DNA of 64,000 nucleotides from Candidatus Obscuribacterales bacterium (GCA_965228855.1 CBDDIJ010000003.1:1536001-1600000), one strand, 5' to 3'; shown: positions 37,227-47,254, numbered from the stretch's first letter. Notes: a model not told the origin generated them from the letters alone. Numbers and translations are program-made.

Positions 37227-39271
37227 TGCTTCGGACCCGACCATTAGTGGTATCGCTGGTGATGCTCATTACGCTAGCGTCCGTCGCATTTAGCAGCCTT
37301 CTGCCCGTTGCAGCAGTACCGGCGTCCGGAGTCGATTCGCAAAACTCGCGAGCTCGGCAAACCGACAAACTTTACGAATACCTTGCGCGTTATGCCGCTG
37401 TCGTTTCTCTTACTCATCAGGAGCTCTACGGTCCGCTACTGCCTGCCTCAGAAAAGCTGTGCAAAGACTTTCTCAGCGAAGGGCTGAACGAGCCTTCGAT
37501 CTCCAGCAAAATTAAATGTCCGTCCGGTCTGGACGAAGTCACGCCACTTATTCGTGTGCCGGCGTCCTATGGAAATGTTTGGTCCAGACTGTATCTCGAG
37601 ATATTAGAGACGCGAGCAGTAGCGCGCTCGCACTCTGCAGGCAAGATTGCGGAAGCGCTTGCCGACCACGAAAAGGTTTTAGCGGAGTGCCCGGACTTCA
37701 TCGAAGCCCGGGTCGGATTAGCAAATCACTACAGACTAACAAAGCAATTTGATAAAGCGGTGGCTGAAATTGATAAAGCCATTCAGAAGAACCCGAAGCA
37801 CTCCATTGCCTGGACAACAAAAGCAATGATATACGAGGATCTGCGCAACTACGCCATGCAACGAGAAGCGCTTGCAGAGTCATACAAGATTAGCGCGGCG
37901 GAGGAGCGCGAGATAAATTCGTTCATGAATGCACCGACTAGACATAACGAGGATCTCGACCCCAAGCATGCTCTGCGTCTGATCAAATTTCGACCAAGAA
38001 ACGCTAACGCTATCGCTACTTATGCGGAGAGCATCAATCCACCGAGGACGCATGATGCTTTCAAATATGCGACCATAGCCGTGAATCTAGACCCATCCGG
38101 CGAACTGGTTAGAAAAATTCGCGCGGACATAAACTTGGACCTCGGTAACTTTGTCGATGCCGCTACTGATGCCACCATTCCCATAAAGCTTGCACCTGAA
38201 CTTCTGGATGCGCGCATTACACGCGGTTTAGCCTATCTAAATATGAACAAACTGAACGAGGCTCTTGCGGATCTGGACTTCGTTATTGAGCGACAACCTA
38301 ACTTCACAGATGCATACAACTATCGAGCTGTTATCCTTCTCTCGACAGGTCAACCAAGAAAAGCATTAGCGGATGCGAAGAAAGCTGTTACGCTGGAGCC
38401 CGAATATCCGCTCGCATACAGCTACCTCGGAGCCAGTTACTCCCGCCTCGGCATGATCAGCAATGCTAAACAAGCATTTGAAACGGCCGTGCGCCTTGAG
38501 CGAAAATTTCGAGGTTACGCTACTAGCCCATCACGATTCAATCTCGGCAGTTGCTATCTCAAGATGAAACAACCCGAGCTTGCAAACCGCGAATTCGATC
38601 AGGCATTGCTCGCTGATCCACTTGCCCCGAAGAAGATGTTCGAGCGGTGCTGCTCTGCGGCTCAACTTGGTTGTCGTGATGCAGAACTAAAAACGGCTTT
38701 AGCAACAGGTGTTCTTCCAAAACAACCTTTAGTGGATCTGGAAAAGATTAAGGACAGCCTCACACTTTTCACGCGTTTTTCTACACTAAATTCGCGATCC
38801 AATGACATTCGTTTCGAGAAGGCTTTCAGCGCTCTTTGCATAAATGATACCGAGACTGCGCTCACTGAGTTCAAGTCCCTGCTGCAGCTTGACCGCAACA
38901 GCCGCTACCGTAGTTTTGAAACTCCTCTGTTGATTCTTTCTCTCGAACGCAATAATCATCTGACCGAGGATGCAAAAGTCGAGGTCCGGAGGACACTAAA
39001 TGCAGGTCCGCGAGGAAACGGAGATCGTGCGATGGTATCACTCTGTCGTTTTCTGCTGGGAGAAGCCAGCGAGTCTCAAGTTCTCAATGATGCGCATAGC
39101 GTAGCCGACAGAACTAGAGTTCACGTTTTCCTCGCGTTTCACTATCTGAGCACCGGCGATCGAGCCAGAGCAAAACAACATCTTGAATGGGCAATTTTTC
39201 AGGGTGATCGAAGTTCGCCGGAGTTCATACTCGCTTTAACTGAATTGCAGCGCTTCTGCGGAAGAAGCTAG
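37223..39271 (+). CDS. Secreted multi-TPR protein (NlpI-like C-terminus)
   Basis: Many TPRs (RGLAYLNMNKLNEALADLD); signal peptide; ATGA overlap with the kinase gene. Confidence 0.8.
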   Translation: MMLRTRPLVVSLVMLITLASVAFSSLLPVAAVPASGVDSQNSRARQTDKLYEYLARYAAVVSLTHQELYGPLLPASEKLCKDFLSEGLNEPSISSKIKCPSGLDEVTPLIRVPASYGNVWSRLYLEILETRAVARSHSAGKIAEALADHEKVLAECPDFIEARVGLANHYRLTKQFDKAVAEIDKAIQKNPKHSIAWTTKAMIYEDLRNYAMQREALAESYKISAAEEREINSFMNAPTRHNEDLDPKHALRLIKFRPRNANAIATYAESINPPRTHDAFKYATIAVNLDPSGELVRKIRADINLDLGNFVDAATDATIPIKLAPELLDARITRGLAYLNMNKLNEALADLDFVIERQPNFTDAYNYRAVILLSTGQPRKALADAKKAVTLEPEYPLAYSYLGASYSRLGMISNAKQAFETAVRLERKFRGYATSPSRFNLGSCYLKMKQPELANREFDQALLADPLAPKKMFERCCSAAQLGCRDAELKTALATGVLPKQPLVDLEKIKDSLTLFTRFSTLNSRSNDIRFEKAFSALCINDTETALTEFKSLLQLDRNSRYRSFETPLLILSLERNNHLTEDAKVEVRRTLNAGPRGNGDRAMVSLCRFLLGEASESQVLNDAHSVADRTRVHVFLAFHYLSTGDRARAKQHLEWAIFQGDRSSPEFILALTELQRFCGRS

Positions 39272-39287
39272 GATTAAAACCGACTGT

Positions 39288-39821
39288 CTACCACCCTATC
39301 CAGCACCAGAGATTTTTTTCCAACTCAATCTCATCGCGGATATCAATGCCATAGTTCCCGACTAATGGAATCGATGGCTTGAGTTTTCGACTTTCATCTA
39401 TCGCGTTTAGATGCACTGCGCAGATCACGTACCCTCTGCGCTGATAGAATCTCAGTCCATCAAGGTTATCGTTGGTTGTGATCATCCACATCCTACCGCA
39501 TGCTTGTTTTCGCGCTTCTTCTTCCACAGCATCAATTAGAGCAGTACCGACTCCAGCCCATTGAGCGAACGAATCAAGCGTAATCAGTTCACACTCGGAG
39601 TCGTGAACATAATAAGTCGCGACACCAACTGTGACACCATCCCTGACTGCCAAAAATCCGGGCAGCTTCCATGGTTCATACGAAATGCCTCGACTGACCA
39701 CGAAGCGTCCATTCCAAATCTCCTGAACCCGACTCTTCAACCACTCTCGATGCTGTTCTTCGATCGGTCTGATCTCGATATCGGTGCGAACAGTCGGTTT
39801 CTGCTTCTGCATCTGCATCAT
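39288..39821 (-). CDS. GNAT family N-acetyltransferase
   Basis: GVGTALI, ITTNDNL..LRFYQRRGY, SRKLKPSIP and IRDEIELE motifs. Confidence 0.9.
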   Translation of the reverse strand: MMQMQKQKPTVRTDIEIRPIEEQHREWLKSRVQEIWNGRFVVSRGISYEPWKLPGFLAVRDGVTVGVATYYVHDSECELITLDSFAQWAGVGTALIDAVEEEARKQACGRMWMITTNDNLDGLRFYQRRGYVICAVHLNAIDESRKLKPSIPLVGNYGIDIRDEIELEKNLWCWIGW

Positions 39822-40105
39822 GGCTAACTTCCTTCTCTAAGCGGCGACTGGCTCGGAACAGTCCAATTCGGCCCGCGAATGCAAGAGCGCACGCGAGTCC
39901 GACGGCTTCGCCATCGACTTCCCTTTACCGAAGGTTTCCAATGCTAGTATCCCACAAAATGACCGCTAATACAACTTCTAAGCTAGCGGTCCTGTCGTTC
40001 CCGCTCCGCATGCCTTTACGACTACAGCTGGTTCGTAGGACTCGGAATTTCATCCATCCTGCACTTTGTACAGCAGCGGTGACCGGCACTAATGGTGGTA
40101 CCAGT

Positions 40106-41752
40106 TCAAAGCTGTGACTTAATCTCAGTATTAAGCCGATTATAAATCGAACTTCCAGGATTCAGCATCATGACGCCCTCTTCCTCACGTCCTCCATACA
40201 CCATGCCAACAAGAAATCCTCGTTCATCTAAAACTGGAGAGCCGCTTAACGCTCCCAATCTGATTGCCCTGTCCATCTTAATGACGATATGACCCGGTGC
40301 GGTGGTCTTCACAGTCGCGGTAAACGGATGAACTTTTCTGTCACCACCGACTAATGAAGTAGCGGCCGCGCGCTCGTTCGTGAATAGAAAAACGGGCGTA
40401 CCAACAGCAGGAACACTCTCGCGTAGTTTAAGCGGTTGAAGTTTGCATTTTGCTGAAGCCTTCAGTGCAAGCAAATCACCGCGCAAATCACCCGAATTTG
40501 ACCTGGAAAGGTCGCCCGACAGAAGAAGGGGCTTGGTTCCGATTCCGAGCAATTTCCCAGTTTTGAAATCGCGAATCTCAACTCTTACCAACTGAGACTG
40601 ACAGTCTTGCGCAGTGAGCTGTCTAAGGAAACCGGTTGACGGTCCAACCAGATGCAGGGGTGTAACGAAAACGGACTTGCCAGTCTTCAAATAAACGCTA
40701 AATATCTTTCCACCAGTGAACTTTTGTCCGTCCTTAAGGTAGAACGTTGGCTCTCCCACGGCGTTCCCGACGTCTGGAGCAATAATATTCGAACTTGCTT
40801 TTCTTGCAGACCTAGAGTGACTAGGTTCTGCAATTGGCTTGGCAGCTGCAGATCCACAGTTAGTAAGAACGGACGCGAAGACCAAAATCGCGGCTAGAGC
40901 GCTCAGCAAATACTTGGGACCTGGCTGTTCAATAGCCCGCGCGGCAACCGCAACACCCGCGCGAGCCGCGTCAACAAATCCAACTCCGCCACTGAGCCTG
41001 GCTAAAACGCTACCACAAAATGTATCGCCGGCCCCTGTAGGGTCTAATTCTTCCGCGTGAACAGCTAACACCGTTTCAGTAGATTCTGGCTGGTAAACTT
41101 TTACTCCGTTTTCTCCATCAGTCACAAAGCAAGCACCATGCTGGTTTACGAATGCTTTGGGAACATCAGAGTTGTTTCCAAACAAAAGATCGGCCTCATT
41201 TCGATTCATAAAGAAGACGTCGCAGTCACGTATCAACTGCTCTACGCCAGCTTTGTCGGATGAAATTGCACGCGCATAGGTTCCTGCAGAGATTTTGTAA
41301 AACCCTTGCGCGCCATCACCAGCGGTTTCACTAAAAAACTTGCAGAAGTCATTCTGCTTTTGAACCGAACTGAGCGCAGCAATGTGCACAATGTCAAAAT
41401 CAAAGTCTCTGACTTCCGGCAGGCAATCAGGAACCAATAAATCTTCGGCGCCCCAATCTGCGGAAACAAGCGTTGCTCGCCCACCGCCGTGATGAACTAT
41501 CTCCAGCCTGGGCATTTCTTCGATAGCGCAATGAGGACCGAGCCAGGTTAGCTTTGCTTCAATGGTCCGGAGCTTTTCAGGCATCGGATCCGGTCTCGGA
41601 GCATAAAGAACAACGTCAGCTCCCTGATGCACGGCCGCCAGAGCAGTGTACAGCCCAGCACCACCCACGGTTTCAAAACTGTCGACACGACCATCCCGCT
41701 CTAATCGCAAGATATCGAATGAAACGCAACCGACTACCAGAATACTTCCCAT
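40106..41752 (-). CDS. PfkB-family carbohydrate kinase fused via a hydrophobic segment to a trypsin-like serine protease domain
   Basis: GGAGLY, NRNEA, TDGENG, DPTGAGDTF; then LLSALAAILVFASVL; then TPLH, GDLLAL, GALSGSPVLD; GGAG SD before ATG 41752. Confidence 0.75.
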   Translation of the reverse strand: MGSILVVGCVSFDILRLERDGRVDSFETVGGAGLYTALAAVHQGADVVLYAPRPDPMPEKLRTIEAKLTWLGPHCAIEEMPRLEIVHHGGGRATLVSADWGAEDLLVPDCLPEVRDFDFDIVHIAALSSVQKQNDFCKFFSETAGDGAQGFYKISAGTYARAISSDKAGVEQLIRDCDVFFMNRNEADLLFGNNSDVPKAFVNQHGACFVTDGENGVKVYQPESTETVLAVHAEELDPTGAGDTFCGSVLARLSGGVGFVDAARAGVAVAARAIEQPGPKYLLSALAAILVFASVLTNCGSAAAKPIAEPSHSRSARKASSNIIAPDVGNAVGEPTFYLKDGQKFTGGKIFSVYLKTGKSVFVTPLHLVGPSTGFLRQLTAQDCQSQLVRVEIRDFKTGKLLGIGTKPLLLSGDLSRSNSGDLRGDLLALKASAKCKLQPLKLRESVPAVGTPVFLFTNERAAATSLVGGDRKVHPFTATVKTTAPGHIVIKMDRAIRLGALSGSPVLDERGFLVGMVYGGREEEGVMMLNPGSSIYNRLNTEIKSQL

Positions 41753-41945
41753 CAACTCCACCACGGACAACCGATGATTATTTTGACATGCCGCGCGACA
41801 TATGGAAGGGCGATTCGCTCAATGGCAAGAAATTGTCGGCTAATTGTCAAATACCATTTGAACCAGGAAAAGCAACACCGCTTCAAGAAAAGTTGACCTT
41901 GGGCGGATTACAGCTTATAACTGTTAGATTCTAACGGACCAAACC

Positions 41946-43754
41946 ATGGGAATCCTGCTCAGTTGCCAATCTCTCAGCAAATCTTATACCGGACGCATTC
42001 TATTTGATGACCTGTCGTTCGGCGTAGAGGAAGGCGACAAGATTGGCTTGATCGGTCCGAATGGTTCCGGAAAGTCCACGCTCGTAAAAATTCTCGCTGG
42101 TTTAGTTGATCCTGACGAAGGCGAAGTGACAAAGCGCAAAGACTTGCGCGTCGCATATGTTTCTCAAGAAGACGTGCATGATGAAGATGCCACCATCGAA
42201 GAATTGATCACGTCATCGGCTAATGAAGTCGCATTTGAGGACTATGTCCGAGCCGCATCAATTGATTCGACGATTAAACTGTTTGCGTTTCCAGATCGGA
42301 CTCTGAAGGCAGCATCCTTGTCCGGCGGTTGGAAAAAACGCTTGTCACTTGCGCGTGGATGGGTAAAGCAGCCCGATGTGCTTGTTCTCGATGAACCCAC
42401 AAACCACCTGGATTTGGAAACAGTTTTATGGCTCGAGAAACTTCTCGTAGGCAGCAACAAAACCATGATTTTGGTAACACACGATCGGACGTTCTTAGAG
42501 TCCGTGGCGAACAGAGTAATTGAACTCAATCGCCAGTATCCAAAGGGTTTTCTGAGTGTGTCAGGCAACTACAGCACCTTTCTCATCAACAAAGACGAGA
42601 AGGTCAGCGAACAACTCAACCTGGAAGCAGCACTTGCCAGCAAGGTTCGCAGAGAAATCGCCTGGCTTCAGCGCGGAGCCCGCGCTCGTCAAACGAAATC
42701 CACACACAGGATAGCCGAAGTTGGAAAGCTCGTCGAGGAACTGGAAGATGTTAAACAGCGCAACGTCGCCACCCAGATAGATATAAACTTCCAGGCATCC
42801 GGTAGGAAGACGAAAGAACTGGTCGCGGCGAAGGACATCAGCAAGGCTTATGATGAAAAGAAGCTTTTCACCGACCTGGAACTGCTGATCACGAACCGCA
42901 CCAGATTGGGTCTGGTTGGCAGAAATGGAAGCGGCAAGACTACGTTACTGAAAACGATCATCGGCGAAGTAAAGCCCGACAAGGGGAGTTTGAAACGCGC
43001 AGACAGTTTGAAAATCGTCTGGTTCGATCAGAATCGCAAACAGCTCGATCAGGAGAAAACGCTCCAGGAGTCACTATCAGCTGACAGTGATTCGGTCGTC
43101 TATCAGGGACGGTCACTGCATGTTGCCACCTGGGCAAAGAAGTTTTTGTTCAACACCGAACAATTGAAATTGCCAATCAGCAGATTGTCGGGCGGCGAAC
43201 AGTCGCGGATTTTGATTGCAAATTTGATGCTGCAGCCCGCCGACATCATCATTCTTGACGAACCCACCAACGACCTCGACATTCCGTCATTGGAGGTGCT
43301 GGAAGAATCGCTTCAAGAATTTCCAGGCGCAATCATTCTGGTGACCCACGATCGACTGATGCTGGATGTAGTATCAGATCAAATTCTGGCGTTAAATGGC
43401 GCCGGCGGTTGTGAATACTTCGCCGGATATGACCAGTTCGAACAAGTAATCGACGGCTTCTTCGCGGACGAGAAGAAGTCTGCACCAAAGGAAAAGAAGC
43501 AAGATTCGCGAGTGAGGCAACAGACAGGACTGACCTCTCCGGAGAAGCGCGATCTTGCTGCGTTGCCGAAAAAGATTGAGGACACGGAAACCAAACTGGC
43601 GAGCCTTCAGGATGAGATGGCAAAGCCAGAGGTAGTGTCTAATCACGTAAAACTGGCAGATCTGCACAAGCAGCAAGAAGATACAGAGAAGGAATTGGAA
43701 CGGCTCTATGAGCGATGGGAAATGCTAGAAGCCAAAGCACAGGCTCAGGTGTAA
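41946..43754 (+). CDS. uup: ABC-F ATPase, Uup-like
   Basis: Two ABC cassettes (GPNGSGKS, LDEPTNHLD; GRNGSGKT, LDEPTNDLD), WLQRGARARQTK linker, C-terminal coiled coil ending ERWEML. Confidence 0.85.
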   Translation: MGILLSCQSLSKSYTGRILFDDLSFGVEEGDKIGLIGPNGSGKSTLVKILAGLVDPDEGEVTKRKDLRVAYVSQEDVHDEDATIEELITSSANEVAFEDYVRAASIDSTIKLFAFPDRTLKAASLSGGWKKRLSLARGWVKQPDVLVLDEPTNHLDLETVLWLEKLLVGSNKTMILVTHDRTFLESVANRVIELNRQYPKGFLSVSGNYSTFLINKDEKVSEQLNLEAALASKVRREIAWLQRGARARQTKSTHRIAEVGKLVEELEDVKQRNVATQIDINFQASGRKTKELVAAKDISKAYDEKKLFTDLELLITNRTRLGLVGRNGSGKTTLLKTIIGEVKPDKGSLKRADSLKIVWFDQNRKQLDQEKTLQESLSADSDSVVYQGRSLHVATWAKKFLFNTEQLKLPISRLSGGEQSRILIANLMLQPADIIILDEPTNDLDIPSLEVLEESLQEFPGAIILVTHDRLMLDVVSDQILALNGAGGCEYFAGYDQFEQVIDGFFADEKKSAPKEKKQDSRVRQQTGLTSPEKRDLAALPKKIEDTETKLASLQDEMAKPEVVSNHVKLADLHKQQEDTEKELERLYERWEMLEAKAQAQV

Positions 43755-43773
43755 AACGACACGAGGATAGATT

Positions 43774-44181
43774 GTGGATTCACTAGACACACAGATTGAT
43801 CAATTTCTCAGCGCACCTGCTTTTGGTGTAGCCGGCGCAAGCGATGATAAGCATAAGTACGGTCACAAGGTCCTGGTCTGTTATAAGCAGCATGACCGCA
43901 AAGCCTATCCAATCAATCCTAACGTTGAAACCGTTTTAGGCGAACCAGCTTACGCAAACGTTTCCAGCCTTCCGGAAAAAGTGGAGTCTCTGTCGATAAT
44001 TACACCACCCCCGGTGACAGATAAGGTTGTAGACGATGCCATCGCAGCTGGTGTGAAAAACATTTGGATGCAACCGGGCGCCGAAAGCCCTCGCGCAATC
44101 AGTAAAGCAAAAGAGGCTGGCTTGAACGTCATCCATGGCGGAGCCTGTCTGCTTGTAGTGCTCGGCTACCGAGGACCTTAA
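43774..44181 (+). CDS. CoA-binding protein (YccU-like)
   Basis: VAGASDD..KYG, YPINP and IWMQPGAES motifs. Confidence 0.9.
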   Translation: MDSLDTQIDQFLSAPAFGVAGASDDKHKYGHKVLVCYKQHDRKAYPINPNVETVLGEPAYANVSSLPEKVESLSIITPPPVTDKVVDDAIAAGVKNIWMQPGAESPRAISKAKEAGLNVIHGGACLLVVLGYRGP

Positions 44182-44226
44182 GCTTCGGTTTCGAACGAGA
44201 ACGACAACCAAAGACGGCGTCGAACT

Positions 44227-44643
44227 TTAGTAATCTACTCGCTTGCGTCCCTGTTTCTTCTGCGAGTGCTGCTTATTCGTCTGCTCGCGCTTGAGCTTGG
44301 AAGAATAGGTCGGCTTGGTCGGTCTGCGCTTGATCGGTGGATTGAGCACCATCGTGATCATCTCTTTCAACTTCTCGCGACAATCTTCCACATTGGACGC
44401 CTGATCGCGAAAACGCTGACTGACAAGAATCAAATCACCCTCCTCTGTCAAACGCCCGCCGAACCGATCAAGAAATCGCATCCTCACGCCATGCGGCAGA
44501 CACTGCGTCGCGTTGACATTCCAACGCAGCGTAGCTTTGCTATTCACCTTATTAACGTTCTGCCCACCGGGTCCGCCGCTTCTGGCGAACGTGAAGTTCA
44601 ATTCGTTATCCGGAATTTGTACGTTATCGCTGATCTCTAGCAT
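44227..44643 (-). CDS. arfB: Alternative ribosome rescue peptidyl-tRNA hydrolase ArfB
   Basis: RSGGPGGQNVNKV, RRPTKPT and basic tail; ATG 44643 with AGGTG SD. Confidence 0.92.
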   Translation of the reverse strand: MLEISDNVQIPDNELNFTFARSGGPGGQNVNKVNSKATLRWNVNATQCLPHGVRMRFLDRFGGRLTEEGDLILVSQRFRDQASNVEDCREKLKEMITMVLNPPIKRRPTKPTYSSKLKREQTNKQHSQKKQGRKRVDY

Positions 44644-44732
44644 AAAACACCTTCTGTCCTCAAACAGTTTACAACAGATCGTGCGGCAGCGCAGCCGCGG
44701 TACAATAGCCTCGAGCAAGCAGAGGCAATTGC

Positions 44733-45164
44733 ATGGATACCCTGACTCCGAAAGAACTGGCACACAAAGTCGCAGAAGAGATGTTTAGAAACGACAAGGC
44801 GTCTAAGCACTTGGGCATCCGCTTAGATGCAATTGACGAAGGAACGGCAGTGGTATCCATGACCATTCGCGACGACATGCTCAATGGATTTGGTATCTGC
44901 CACGGTGGCGTCACTTTCACTCTGGCGGACACAGCTTTCGCATGCGCCTGCAACTCACGCAATAGAAAAACGGTCGCGCTTAATTGCACCATAAGTTTCC
45001 TGGCAGCAGGAAAAGTTGGCGATGTTCTTACCGCTACAGCCAGAGAAGTTTCTTTAGCTGGAAGAACCGGTCTGTACGACATCAGGATAACGAACCAAAC
45101 CGGCGCAGTAATGGCAGAGTTTCGCGGCACCTCATATGGTACCAGTTCAAAAGCTCTCGAATAA
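44733..45164 (+). CDS. paaI: PaaI hydroxyphenylacetyl-CoA thioesterase
   Basis: DMLNG.GICHGGVTFTLADTAFA.ACNS and RTGLYD motifs. Confidence 0.85.
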   Translation: MDTLTPKELAHKVAEEMFRNDKASKHLGIRLDAIDEGTAVVSMTIRDDMLNGFGICHGGVTFTLADTAFACACNSRNRKTVALNCTISFLAAGKVGDVLTATAREVSLAGRTGLYDIRITNQTGAVMAEFRGTSYGTSSKALE

Positions 45165-45169
45165 ACTAT

Positions 45170-45355
45170 CTACTGCGTCGGCTCGGCGCTAAAACTGATC
45201 AGAGCGCCATCCTCATCTGCCTCAAATGCTATTGTCATAGGATTGCAACAGACCTCACAATCCTCGACATAGTTTTGCCCACCCGCGCTCAGATCGAGGA
45301 GAACAGAGATCTCCTCCCAACAGTACGGACAAGTAAAAAAGTGTTCTTCGAGCAA
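45170..45355 (-). CDS. CPXCG-motif cysteine-rich protein
   Basis: CPYC...YVEDCEVCCNP. Confidence 0.85.
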   Translation of the reverse strand: MLEEHFFTCPYCWEEISVLLDLSAGGQNYVEDCEVCCNPMTIAFEADEDGALISFSAEPTQ

Positions 45356-45383
45356 AACGCTTGATTATTACTTACGGTTAGAA

Positions 45384-46991
45384 CTACTTTTTGCCGGCGC
45401 GAGCGAAATCTTTGAACTTGTGCACCTTCAAATACTCCGGATAAGTATCGAGCCAGTCAATGACACCATTCTCGGTGAACGAGATCACGCGAGTCGCGAC
45501 ATCTGAAATCAAATCGCGGTCATGCGATACCACAAAGACGGTTCCGGGAAACTGGCTGAGACCATCTCCCAGTGCGGACACAGCTTCGAGGTCGAGGTGG
45601 TTTGTGGGCTCGTCGAATATGAGGATAGGGTTTTTCAGCATCATCATACGCGCCATCAGAAGACGAGCTGTTTCACCTCCTGAAAGTGCTTCCGTTGCCT
45701 TTAGCGCTTCATCTCCGGAGAACAACATTCGCCCAAGTACAGAGCGAACGAGGTTGTCACCCTCATCGACCATGAATTGATTTAGCCATTCCAGCGCTGT
45801 AGAACCTGGCTTGATTTCGGAGTGAAAATCCTGTGGATAGTAGCTCCAGGCAGCGTTATCGCCCCATTTAACCTTGCCAGCGTCTGCCTCGATTTCGCCG
45901 ATCAAGCAACGAATAAGTGTGGTTTTGCCAACGCCGTTTCCGCCGATGATGGCGATCTTTTCACCGCGGGTGATATCGAGTCGTAAGTTATCGAACAGTT
46001 TCTTTCCGTCAAAACTCTTCGATAGTCCTTCGACCTCGAGTATTTCTCGTCCCATCGGTTTTTCTTGTTCAAACCGAATATAAGGGCGTTGAATGTTTGA
46101 GCGCTTCAACTCTTGCGGTGCCAAACGAGCAATTTCTTTTCTGCGGGATTGTACTTGGCTGGAGCGCTGACCTGCAGCGAATCGTGAAACGAATTCTTGT
46201 AATTGAGCAATCTTTTTTGCTTTGTCGCGGTTCTCGTTTTCAATCGTCTGCCGCGCCTGTAGTTTGTGTTCGACCATTTCGTCGTAACCACCTGGATAGA
46301 TGATTATGGTGTCGTAATCGATATCAGCGATGTGAGTGCATACCGAGTTCAAAAAGTGCCTGTCGTGCGAGATAACGATAAGCGTGCCGTCATAGTCTTG
46401 CAGAAAATCTTCAAGCCAGTGAATCGAATCGAGGTCCAGGTGGTTTGTAGGTTCGTCCAGGAACAACGCCTGGGGACCAGCGAACAGAGCTTGAGCGAGT
46501 AGCACGCGAAACTTGAAGTCGATTGGCAAACTACTCATCAAATTCTCGTGTTGCTCATCGGGAATACCGATACCACGCAGAATTTCTCCAGCTTCAAACT
46601 CCGCCATGTAGCCGTTTTCATCAGCAATAATCGATTCCAGATCACCCAGACGATTCATCTGCTCTTCTGTCAGATCAGGCAACTCGCAGAGCGCGTCACG
46701 TTCTTTAAACGTGTTCCAGAGCAATTCGTTGCCCATCATCACGGTGTCGATGATCCGCTCGTTGTCGTAGGCGTATTGATCCTGCTTTAAAACGCCAATT
46801 CGTTGCGGTCGGGTTATGGTGCCCCGGTTCGACGGTTCGAGCTCACCTGACAGGATTTTCATGAAGGTCGACTTCCCAGCCCCATTCGGACCGGTAAGAC
46901 CATATCGATTTCCTGGACTGAACTTAACCGAAACATTGTCAAACAGTGTTCGGGAGCCGTACGCCTTGCTGACTTCGTTAACGACGATCAT
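45384..46991 (-). CDS. ybiT: ABC-F ATPase, YbiT-like
   Basis: GNRYGLTGPNGAGKSTFMKIL, SHDRHFLNSVCTHIADIDY, PYIRFEQ and GRMLFSG motifs. Confidence 0.85.
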   Translation of the reverse strand: MIVVNEVSKAYGSRTLFDNVSVKFSPGNRYGLTGPNGAGKSTFMKILSGELEPSNRGTITRPQRIGVLKQDQYAYDNERIIDTVMMGNELLWNTFKERDALCELPDLTEEQMNRLGDLESIIADENGYMAEFEAGEILRGIGIPDEQHENLMSSLPIDFKFRVLLAQALFAGPQALFLDEPTNHLDLDSIHWLEDFLQDYDGTLIVISHDRHFLNSVCTHIADIDYDTIIIYPGGYDEMVEHKLQARQTIENENRDKAKKIAQLQEFVSRFAAGQRSSQVQSRRKEIARLAPQELKRSNIQRPYIRFEQEKPMGREILEVEGLSKSFDGKKLFDNLRLDITRGEKIAIIGGNGVGKTTLIRCLIGEIEADAGKVKWGDNAAWSYYPQDFHSEIKPGSTALEWLNQFMVDEGDNLVRSVLGRMLFSGDEALKATEALSGGETARLLMARMMMLKNPILIFDEPTNHLDLEAVSALGDGLSQFPGTVFVVSHDRDLISDVATRVISFTENGVIDWLDTYPEYLKVHKFKDFARAGKK

Positions 46992-47008
46992 GGTGGTTTC
47001 CGCGGTTG

Positions 47009-47035
47009 AAAAACAAAAGACGCGCCTGGCGCGTC
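47009..47035 (-). terminator. GC hairpin + U-tract immediately upstream of ybiT (possible attenuator)
   Basis: Minus strand reads GACGCGC-CAG-GCGCGTC-TTTTGTTTTT. Confidence 0.55.
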
Positions 47036-47155
47036 GACACACAGAATTATATCTAATAAAGTAATGATCTCCAGGCGCACTCAGCCGGATCGTAACGTTT
47101 GGTTAGACTCACGCTTACAAGCTATTCAAATGGCTTTCGCTCCGCCAGGCTCGCG

Positions 47156-47197
47156 AAAAAAAACAAAGCGGCACACGATCGCTCGTCACCGCTTTGT
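47156..47197 (-). terminator. Probable intrinsic terminator of the HK-RR-repeat protein operon
   Basis: ACAAAGCGG...CCGCTTTGT stem running into a T-run on the minus strand. Confidence 0.6.
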
Positions 47198-47254
47198 GTC
47201 ACTTTGCGCATTCAAAACATTTCCTCGCGGCTCTGCCGCCGTTCCGCAGTATGC

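Noticed and set aside
39771..39790. GATCTCGATATCGGTGCGAA as another repeat copy in the GNAT gene
   Set aside because: Only the core matches and the arms are poorly palindromic; cannot be supported
44644..44763. Cys-rich N-terminal extension of ArfB in the ORF track
   Set aside because: Overlaps divergent paaI; the SD-supported start is 44643
46311..46330. GTCGTAATCGATATCAG resembling the repeat, inside ybiT
   Set aside because: Encodes the conserved IADIDYD motif and lacks the second arm; likely coincidence
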